From Tubiluchus corallicola (Eukaryota > Animalia > Priapulida), in NCBI GenBank assembly GCA_030141605.1, contig JAQGDQ010000254.1, forward strand, positions 186,001 through 250,000: DNA of 64,000 nt, in the 5' to 3' direction. Of the stretch, positions 54,911 through 64,000 are shown one piece after another. The notes under the pieces were generated by a model, which saw only the letters and a program-made list of their open reading frames with translations, searched no databases and was not told the DNA's origin. Position 1 is the first letter of the stretch, and every line of letters begins with the position of its first letter. Both the position numbers and the translations under genes were made by a program.

Positions 54911-54982
54911 CAAACTGTAATGCCAAATGAAACGAAGGGCTCCAAGTGTGTTTTACATAGGGAAAAAGTTTCTCTTATATAA
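54911..54982 (-). promoter_or_regulatory. Candidate TATA box (TATATAAG, ~54974-54981) and short non-coding first exon (~54911-54950) of the defensin-like gene
   Basis: TATA-like element about 70 nt upstream of a consensus TTG|gtaagt donor at 54910, which could splice to the acceptor at 54182. Confidence 0.45.
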
Positions 54983-57429
54983 CTAGTGAGGTGACATAAA
55001 TAATGTCAGCCTTTGTTAGCAGTGACTGAATCATACAGCTGACGTTTGCAAATCCAATAATAAATTACTGTAAAACGCACTGACTTTGATCACCTAAACG
55101 GTTTGTTACTAAAATATTTATTACTGGAAAACAGAGTGACTTTGGTTACTTTATTTGTTTGCTTGGTTTATACTTGCAAAATTATTCAGAAAAAGTTTAA
55201 ATATAATAGATTGTGTTAACAAACTCAATATTGCATCTGAATTAGAGGGAAATCATAACATGTAAGTTGCAATCATCGATTATTCAATTACATTTCTAAG
55301 TTCAGTTGAATTTTTTTTCATGCCGCACAATGATAAAAGCCAACAATCTGACCATAGTCACAGGTTGTTTCCAATTATGCAAAATGTATCGTTACAATTT
55401 CTTGTTTTCCAGTTTTGGACTTCGTACATCCAGAAAACATTAAGCAAGCACTTACATGATCACTGATGTCCATATCATACCTGCTCATAGGTCAAATTCC
55501 TATCTTGGGCCAAACCTATTTTATGCAAGCTAATTTTTGTTTATCATATTTAAGAATATTACCTGGAAAACAACTAGTTTCATTTTAAAACTATATCGTT
55601 GCAAAATTAAAAATTAATTATTATTTGGTGAACTTAAAAACTAGTAACTTTTTAAGGAATCTGGAACTGACACTTTATATAAGGAAAGTTTGACTATAAA
55701 AATCATTTGAGTTTGAAACACAGTACATTGGCACAGTGTAATCTATTCAAAAAAACGTTTGTGCCACCTGACTTAATAATGAAACATGTTGGTAGCCTTT
55801 TGGTCCGTTTCAAGCATTTTGTTTGATTTAAGCTTGAATAAATTCACTAAGGTCTTTGAACAGTATTATTTCAGCAAACAGTTCAATATCACCCAAGAAA
55901 TTGGGGTGACTTTGATAATCTGTTCATTATGTAGGTTGTAGTTTACCACCTTGAACAACAGGATTTCATGTTATTTGTAAAAGGTGTTAAGTTTAGTACG
56001 TTTAGCATACAGACCTAAGTTTGCTTAGTGTATATCTTTCAAATTTTTCCATGGAAATTAAACCACATTTGAAAAATTATTATTAAATTTTTGGAACTAG
56101 AACAAGAAAAGAAATGTGAAAAAAATGATATTGAATTTGAACCAAGAGCCTCTGGATACCAATATATTTTACCTATCAAACTCTTGCAAATTGTCTGCCT
56201 TAATCAACATTCATAAAATTCGTAATTGGTTAGTACCAATAAAAATGTTGTATCATTACCACTAGCATAACATTGCAAAATAACACTGAAAAAATAATGT
56301 ACAATTTAACACTTAATAAATTTGAATGAAATAGTACAAATGCACTTTCTTACCAAGAGGTCTAAAACAGTATGTCCACAACAAAGCCATTTACATACCA
56401 ACGAACATTGTCAGACTGTCAGATACACAGATCTACAGCAACACACAAGCTCTGCCTCACTTAGCGATCGCAGCTGTGTCTCACATGCTTGTGACAACAG
56501 GTTACAAAATAACACAGAGAAAACAAAATATGACCGACATGATATTCCATATATCAGTATTGATGATGATTTTTCAGAATTTTTTGTGTTTACACAAGGA
56601 GCAAAACGTGGCCGAGTTCACTATAGTCAGCACAATGCATGTATAAACTGGCTAAATTAATTATTTATGTGCATTAATTTCATGCCAGACTATTATTTGT
56701 CTTTGTTTACTCAGTTTTCCAGTAATTTTAGAAAATGAATGCCAAAACTAGACATACATACGTATATCACTATTGTAAGATCGAAAATACTGATTATCGA
56801 TAATCGCTTAAATACATCAGCCAAATTTGCAATAAATCAATGGGAGAAGCACAATTCTGTTCGAAGAGGTGCTTCCTTAGTAATAGGTCAACTGGTGATA
56901 TCTAGCGGTGAACTGTCAGTGTTGCTTGTGAGTCCTCCTCATGTAAACAAAAGTCTTGTTGGTGCATAGTTTAGGAAGTCTATCACAATTACTTAATTTG
57001 TTAACTTTACTTTGTGCTAAGTTGGAACTTGGACCTCAAAATTGTATAGATGTCTGAAGCAGGCGCGGATTAGCTACCATAATTGGCAAACTAGCAACGG
57101 GCAGAACACAGCTTTCTGAGTTTAATTAAGCACAAAGGACTCCTGCCTATTAACTAAATGACTTTAGAAGCATTCCCAATTTGGTGAACACTTTGTTTTC
57201 TCTTTGCCTTCTCATTTCTAACAAACATTGGCAGTGACCTCAAAACGAGTACGTCCTTGCAAATGTTAATTATTTGTATATCTATTCCAAATCACCAAAA
57301 TCATCTTACTAGAGCGGTTTACTAAAAAAGTAAAAATAGCTTGAAATAGCTTACACAGATATGAACAAATGGGGTAGTCGAACAAACGTGGACCTTCAAT
57401 GCAGTTCAGAAGCCAAATCAGTTGATTTG

Positions 57430-57930
57430 AAAACAAAGGACAAGTCACTTAGCATGTCATGTTTGTTTTACTGTCATCACTTGAACTTAGAAAAATACAT
57501 TAAAGAAAGTTACCAAAAACTGTCTATATAGCATAAAGTTCATTTATAATACTGCTGTACAGAACTTTTCAAGCGTGGTGGCAGCTGCCATTCATTTTAA
57601 AATTATCACACAGCTGGTGGACTTCTTGACATTTTGTAAATGCATCATGACTTTCCGTAAGCATGAGCTGCTTAAACTAATTCAGACTTCTGCAAGTGTA
57701 CATGCAAAATATCACAAAATTAGCTGTCTAATTTTTGCAAAAACTTATACATTTGACGGAAGTTGACAGCACCGTTGCTTTTCTTCAGCTGATGAACGCG
57801 TGAAACAGTGGAAGAGTGGACCTTCAAAATGGGAACGGACATTAAAGTGATCTTACTAATTACATGTGGTGCTTATTACACTTCTACTACTAAATCCTAA
57901 GATTTGTTGCAAACACTGATATAAGCCTAA
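57430..57930 (+). repeat. Interspersed repeat family B, copy 3
   Basis: aaaggacaagtcacttagcatg ... gatgaacgcg...ttcaaaatgggaacgg ... ttactaattacatg matches the other two copies. Confidence 0.65.
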
Positions 57931-58287
57931 CTTCTGTGATGGCTTGGGCCTTTTCTTTAAAAGACCAACAGGCAAATACCAAACACCTAGCAGCTAATAC
58001 GGTTTGCAGCCCCCATGTTGGATATCAAACACATTCTTTTCCCGCCAGTTTCAAACAAAAGACTCAGTTAAAGATCGATAATTATGATATAACCAATATT
58101 AGTCGAACGATTAATCATTTAATTAATAGTCATTAGTATATTGTTCACTCATACAAAATACAATGTACAAAACAAAATAGCATCGCCGGAGCAATTACAT
58201 GATTTACATGTTACCTTAATACTGTTGTGCTCTTTTAACTGTATATACAATATTTCAGAATAGAATACAGCCTACTTAATACCAGTG

Positions 58288-58532
58288 TCAACGATGCATG
58301 CCTCTGATCTGACGGAAGTAATCCGGCGCTGCCTCATGCAACCACTCCGGATTGGTGACAATAAGATCACGCATGTAACATTTACTTGTCTGTACAAGTT
58401 CGTTGTATATCACGTAACCCGGCTTACACATGAACAAGCAAGACGACGGATGAATGCTGACTTTATGTTTTGTTGTCCCCAATGTAACATACTGGCCCTC
58501 TCTTTGTAGTTCTGCCGCATTCATAAACATCC
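58288..58532 (-). CDS. DHX33: DHX33 terminal exon, OB-fold (GMFMNAAELQ...IHPSSCLF...YNELVQTSKCYMRD...WLHEAAPDYFRQIRGMHR*)
   Basis: Inside ORF 58288..58554; ttacag acceptor, phase 1; IHPSS and WL.EAAP.YF are typical of the DEAH/DHX33 C-terminus. Confidence 0.9.
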
Positions 58533-59204
58533 CTGTAATCATCAATAAAAGCAAAAACTGTTACTTGTAAACCAATCAATTAATGTGCACTGTGTAGTCT
58601 GCACTAATAATAATATTATTACCAAAGCCTCAAAAAGGCATTTGCATGCAAATTTGCAACTCTGCAAAACCAGTAGTTCGCTAATGCACTTATATATCCA
58701 AAAAATTATGGATGTCAGAACAAAACTAGACTAGTGTCCCACATACTGTAGTCTGGCTCTGTAAACTAAATGACCTTTTTTGCTCAAGATTTGTAGGTAA
58801 TTTTTTTTTGGTAAGACCTCTTAACAATAAATTTATCAATGCAAAAGCCTAAAATGTACAGGACTTACGAATATGCAATGTTTTATCAAAATATTTCATA
58901 CATTTTCGTACCTAGAATTTGCAACTAGAACATCAAAAGGAAACCGCTAGGCAAGTGATTAAATGTTTAGCTTCAGAAATTTTTTGGGTAACAAGGTTAA
59001 TTCCAATGGGCGAGTGGGTAACAGATTCAAATCAAAACTGCTATGCTAGCCTATTAGCGCATGATAAATGTACCAGTCTACAAACAAAATGGCACTTAAC
59101 ATGATTGTTTTTACATACATAATGCACAAAAGGGAAGTAAAGATGACATAAAAGTAGGAAAGTTTCTTTGGGCACATACAGATTTTAAGTACGTGAAGGA
59201 AAAA

Positions 59205-59351
59205 TATTGAGTCAATTAAGCGGAGTTATTTCAGTCAAATACTGATAGTTTTTATGTATATTTGAAGAGAAGCAGCCCGTTCCAGGCGTTTTTGAGTCAA
59301 TTAAGCGATTGAATCAATTAACCGTGAGTCTATTAAGTGGCAACTACTGTA
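59205..59351. mobile_element. pogo/Tigger-like transposon end
   Basis: Repeated gagtcaattaagcg units ending in ...aagtggcaactactg|ta (CAGT terminus next to TA). Confidence 0.5.
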
Positions 59352-59607
59352 TAACAAAATTACATAGTTGGAAATAGTTCAATTAAACAGTAGGCACTAA
59401 CATATGTTGAGCATGCACAATTGTTAACAACCTCACAAGATTCAATGATGTGCACAATCATCAGTAAAAAAGGTGCAGCACTATGAAACATTAATAGTGA
59501 ATACATAGTATACTTAGTGAAGTAAATACCTCTTCCTCTTCAGGCAACGAAAGGGCGAAATAATCAAAAACCAAATAATCGACTTCACTTTGAATGAATA
59601 TGCTTAC

Positions 59608-59791
59608 CCTGAGCAAAACACCTGCGAACGGCTGCCAGATCCTGCCCGCAGGAGCGCAGGGCTATATTAGCTCTAATACACAAGTCTTTCAATTGCTGTC
59701 TAATCTTATGTGCCATTTGGAGATTTCGGAAATTGAGATAATTTTCAAAACACCATTTTTTCTGATTGGTTTCTAACACACTGCGAAACGC
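59608..59791 (-). CDS. DHX33: DHX33 exon (AFRSVLETNQKKWCFENYLN...IRQQL...VRRCFAQ)
   Basis: Overlaps ORF 59585..59779; ttttcag and gtaagc boundaries; phase 0 to 1. Confidence 0.9.
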
Positions 59792-60504
59792 CTGAAAAGA
59801 AACTTATACAGTGACAAACCTTCTGCTACTCAATTCAATTCAATTCACCTTGTATTTCAACATGAAAATGTCCATATATAGCACTAAAAAGATAAATTAC
59901 TATGCACACAAAGAATACTAACCCTACTAATTACATGCAACAACAACAACAAATATTAAAAGCTACCCACATCAAATAAGAAATTTGGGTTACCTACATC
60001 ATTGTCAACATGAGCAAAATCATTATTTTTGGTAACATTAAATATTATTGTTAAGGTGCATAAAATTTAAATTTTATAAAAAAGTAAAAGATTTAAAGAA
60101 AACCAAAGCAAGGACAATAAATGCAAATTTTAAAGATTAGCAAGCGAATGCCACACTCTAATGAAGACTCTCATTAGGTATTTGTTATCAAAGTGAACAT
60201 AATTAAGTAATTAATCGAAAATCACGCTTTTAAAGACTTAGAAGTCATTAATGTCCCATTTTCACTTAGTTGTTTAAATTTCTTTTCTTCCCTTTACCTT
60301 TGTTTCATCATCCAATTTTGTTGTGATTTTCTTAAAAAATAAAATATTAGAAAAACACCAAAGGTTGTGGTAGTGTTACCTAAATTTATGGCGTAAACAT
60401 GTACAATGGAGAGGTATTTTCAAAATTCTTCATTTGCCAAGCAATTTCGCACATAAACTACTGTTTTAGTTTTATATCACATATATAGAAAGCTTGAGAA
60501 ACAT

Positions 60505-61040
60505 ATCAAAGGAATTTAAAAACTTTTGAACAATATAGGAATTGCTGCCTCCAACATATCTTCACATTCAATGGCAAGATAGGCAAACAAATGTCAGGGT
60601 TCTGGAACAGGCACGGTGTACCAGTAAAGAAGCCATCGTTGCATGGTACCAGCTTCGTTGGTTTGCGCGTTACCGACAAATGCCTGAAGAATGTCTTACT
60701 AAACAAATTCTGTATAATGAACTTTCTGTAGGGAAAAAACAACAGGTGGTTAGAAGAGGAGCTGCAAAGATATCAATAAAGCATGTATGAAGAAGTTTCA
60801 CACCAACCCAGATATATGCAAAAAGATTGCCAATGTTTGAACCACTTGGCATCATCTTATTTGTGAAGGTAGCAAGTATTTTGAAGAAGATCATTGTGCT
60901 TGCATTTCGGAAAAAGGCAACAATGAAAGGAAAAAGAACAGCTGAGTCAAATCACAGACCATGTACTACCTCGGACCACAAAATGTAATATATGTGTGCG
61001 AAATTGAAGGTATAGTCATCAAAGAACACATCAGGTCATC
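60505..61040 (+). mobile_element. Decayed RTE-clade LINE 3' fragment in a DHX33 intron, antisense to the host gene
   Basis: ORF 60542..60790 has I.WQD..TN..VL..A...S.EA.....QLRW....RQMP...L.KQILY.EL..GK, typical of the RTE C-terminus; remnant Cys/His finger near 60985-61030. Confidence 0.75.
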
Positions 61041-61232
61041 TAATGATAAAACCATTAATGTTGGAGTACCATAGACCATGGTACTGCTAACTAAATTTAG
61101 GCTACACGTACCCTGATGTAAAGATTGCCAGAGAGAGAGAGAGAGAAACAGTTTTACAAATCAATGTGACATGCCAGCAGTTATTTAAGAACAACACTAA
61201 ACTTGCCATTTAGAAATAAATTACTCAAATAC

Positions 61233-61453
61233 CTTGTAAACATTCAAGTATGTCAGGAGGTCGCCATCACTGGAAACAAATTTGCGTCTTACTGCTAATG
61301 CTTCATCTCGCTTGACTTGTGGAGTAACTAGAATCGTGTCACAGGAGAGGACTGCTACCAAAGTGATGACTTCTTCGGTGCAGCCCGAATCGCGAGAGGC
61401 AATTATCACTTTAGACAGCTTGGGATCAAGAGGAAATGTTGACATCCTTTGAC
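61233..61453 (-). CDS. DHX33: DHX33 HA2-domain exon (QRMSTFPLDPKLSK...DGDLLTYLNVYK)
   Basis: Overlaps ORF 61221..61445; ttttcaag and gtattt boundaries; phase 1 to 0. Confidence 0.9.
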
Positions 61454-62625
61454 CTTGAAAAGAAAACAGGAATTTATTACAATATAAGGGTATTTTCGCC
61501 TACAAATACTATATATTAACACAGATTTTGAGGTAACAAATTTAACCAGCTTTCAGATGACTTGTTGAAACTATAACTAAATTAGTATGGACAAATCAAA
61601 GCAACAGAAAAAACTCGGTCTTCACAGTGAACGATAAATATGTTTTTTAAACCCTATGACTGAATTACAATTAATATTAGATAAAAAAAGCAAATTTTTA
61701 GTTCTTGAAAGTCAAACATTAAATATATGAGCAACAGCTTCATCTTCAAGTAAGCAGTTTGGTACTTCTGTGAAAAAGTCTCTCACCAATGGCGCTTAAC
61801 CACCAACAGTTTGGTCATAGCAGTCGCTTTTTTCTGCTTCTCACATGCTTACCCTGGATATTCAAAGATGAAGAACAATCACCTATTCATAAAACCCAAT
61901 TTTGTCCATGGAATTCTGTCATTCATAGGACACCTGCTTCCTGAAAACTTTAACTGTATTCAAGATGACATCAACGAATACCTTCTACAATAAGCAGGCT
62001 AAAGTATGAACTCTTCCCAGACATGCATTCATTTCTTTACCATTTCAGCATAACCTCTTCCTTGAGTGGCACTGTTTGGGACAATTTTTACAAAAAAATC
62101 AACAGCAACTCAGCACTTGAGTGCAGTATGTGCAATAGTTAAACATTTTACTGTAGCATTGATTCAGTTTTGATTATTCGTTTCACAAAAGGAAAAGACA
62201 TACAGGCTGTCAGGAAATGACAGCCTCGCTATAATTAAAAGTTACAATACGTACGTTGGAACATATTTTTCGACTGTCTATCCATCTACCTATGTTATTT
62301 CTTATTTTAACATTCTTTCCACTTCCATATTGTCATAAATCAAAAATCAACAAAGTTTCTTGAAGAAATGAGTAAAGACACCATTCCATTTGAGAAACAA
62401 ACATGAGGGTAAGGGATAAATGTCCATTTATCCTTTACTCCTCAGAGTTACAAATAATGTCAGTACTGAATATTGTGATAAATGTTTTTTACTCAAAATA
62501 AATGCTGTTCCTCATGGTGTTGCTCACTTTTATCTATCCTTTTCGGTTTCTTCTATGAAAAGGAAAGCAATCATTTCCTGACACCCCTATCAATTTTCAG
62601 GTACCTATTATGGCTACCAGATTAC

Positions 62626-62871
62626 CTATTGCAGTCAAACTCAGCTGTCCGCTTTCCTGCATAGCAGCACCTAACAACTGCAACTGCTCCGTAGCAGCCT
62701 GCAACGTCTGACTGTCCGGCTTATCAAGAAAGTCAAAGTTTTCCACATTTTTGAATCCCAGAGCCAACAGCTGCAGTACGACATGAGTTAAATTGCAACG
62801 CTTAATCTCCGGGACCGGATTGTCTGGCAGCTGCTTGTATTCTGACTGAGTATACAGTCGATAGCATGTAC
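62626..62871 (-). CDS. DHX33: DHX33 exon (GTCYRLYTQSEY...PEIKRCNL...FDFLDKP...LTAIG)
   Basis: Inside ORF 62597..62884; aatag and gtaatc boundaries; 246 nt, phase 1-1. Confidence 0.9.
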
Positions 62872-63524
62872 CTATTAGTAGCAAAACTACACAACTTGAT
62901 ATACAACTATTATTCCTTTTTCTTTGTTACCTTATTAAATTTGAAATGCATTTTGTTTAACACAAAATAATACAGAAAACTTTTCACAGTCACATTTCCA
63001 TTATCCTACTAGTAGAATTGAATAATGAAAAAAATCTAACTGAAAACCACACAACCATAAAAATGTTTAATAGTCAGATTTAATTAACTTTTGGTATTTC
63101 TGCCCCAAGATGACACTATTAATTGTGTCCCAAGGTACGTGGCGGCAAATCTATTTTTCAGAAGAATCCTGATTTTTCGCCAATTTTCGGTTCGGCTAAA
63201 ACACAACCATGTCCTTACAGTAACAAGTGATCAAACTAAATGCACAGCAATAATTAAAAATGTATATAAAAATTTAAAAATTGCATTTCCATATTTTTTA
63301 TCACTAAGATGAGAAAAACACTGATACACGTCAAACAAAATGACACATTGCACATTGGGAATAAAAATTAACTGATAGTTCTTGGAATAGCAGCAAATTT
63401 CGCTGCATTATTAACCGAAGCATAACTAAAATTAAAAGAAAAACAAAAAACATAAAATAAGAAAAATACATTAAATACAAATTATGGGTAAACAATTCAG
63501 CAAAAAAAGTAATTACAAGCTCAC

Positions 63525-63818
63525 CTCTCGATTCCCGGCCCGCCCTGCCGGTTCTCTGCCATGCTTGTGCTTTTGATACACGTTGAACTTTTAACAGGTC
63601 AAGACCACTTCCCGGTGCATAAGTCCTTGCTTTAACCATCCCAGTATCAACTACATATTTAATACCGCTTATGGTTACCGATGTTTCTGCGACATTTGTA
63701 GATACAATGACTTTCCGAAAACCAGGTGGTGTAGGTTGAAAAATTCTCATTTGTTGATGACTAGGTAAAGAGGCGTATAATGGCCAGACGAGCAGTCTTG
63801 GCATATTGGAAGGTAAAC
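63525..63818 (-). CDS. DHX33: DHX33 exon, helicase C domain, motifs IV-VI (PLYASLP...RKVIVSTNVAETSVTISGIKYVVDTG...QRTGRAGRE)
   Basis: Inside ORF 63331..63867; ttttag and gtgagc boundaries; phase 1-1; VQRVSK.QAWQRTGRAGRE is DHX33-type; upstream exons lie outside the window. Confidence 0.9.
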
Positions 63819-64000
63819 CTAAAACAAACAAACTAAGATTCAAAACTAAAAGAATAAGGCAATACAAGTAGAGTACAGAACTCCGTCAACAAGAACACCC
63901 ATTTTTGGTCTCCTGCATTCCTGCCGGTGCCCCCAAACCATATCAAAATTTCCTAGAAAATGGTTACACCACTTTTCGGCACCACAGCACCACATGAGAG

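Noticed and set aside
54955-55520. NF-kB sites upstream of the defensin-like gene
   Set aside because: Only partial matches (gggaaaaagtttc, gggaaatca); none fits GGGRNNYYCC
61780-62140. Possible decayed hAT transposase; similar coding-like patches at ~29250-29760 and ~31500-31950
   Set aside because: No motif I can identify with confidence; needs a BLASTX search

Overview
AT-rich, intron-rich animal genomic DNA (invertebrate; the srGAP protein looks arthropod-like, which is my inference), so most entries in the ORF track are spurious or only parts of exons. I can build three spliced genes by hand, all on the minus strand. (1) A Slit-Robo GAP (srGAP; F-BAR then RhoGAP) with 12 phase-consistent coding exons at 207-13286, continuing off the left edge, plus at least two candidate alternative first coding exons 7-20 kb upstream. 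(2) The last 5 coding exons of the DEAH-box helicase DHX33 at 58288-63818. (3) Between them, a small gene the ORF track misses entirely: a 75-aa secreted six-cysteine CS-alpha-beta defensin/toxin-like peptide, encoded by a signal-peptide exon (54087-54156), a 39-nt microexon (52866-52904) and a terminal exon (51113-51231). It has a candidate TATA promoter, a second candidate Cys1 microexon and a ~280-bp intronic hairpin. The rest is introns and intergenic DNA with LINE relics, MITEs, tRNA-like SINE heads, DNA-transposon ends and microsatellites. All calls come from reading the sequence by eye; no database searches were run.
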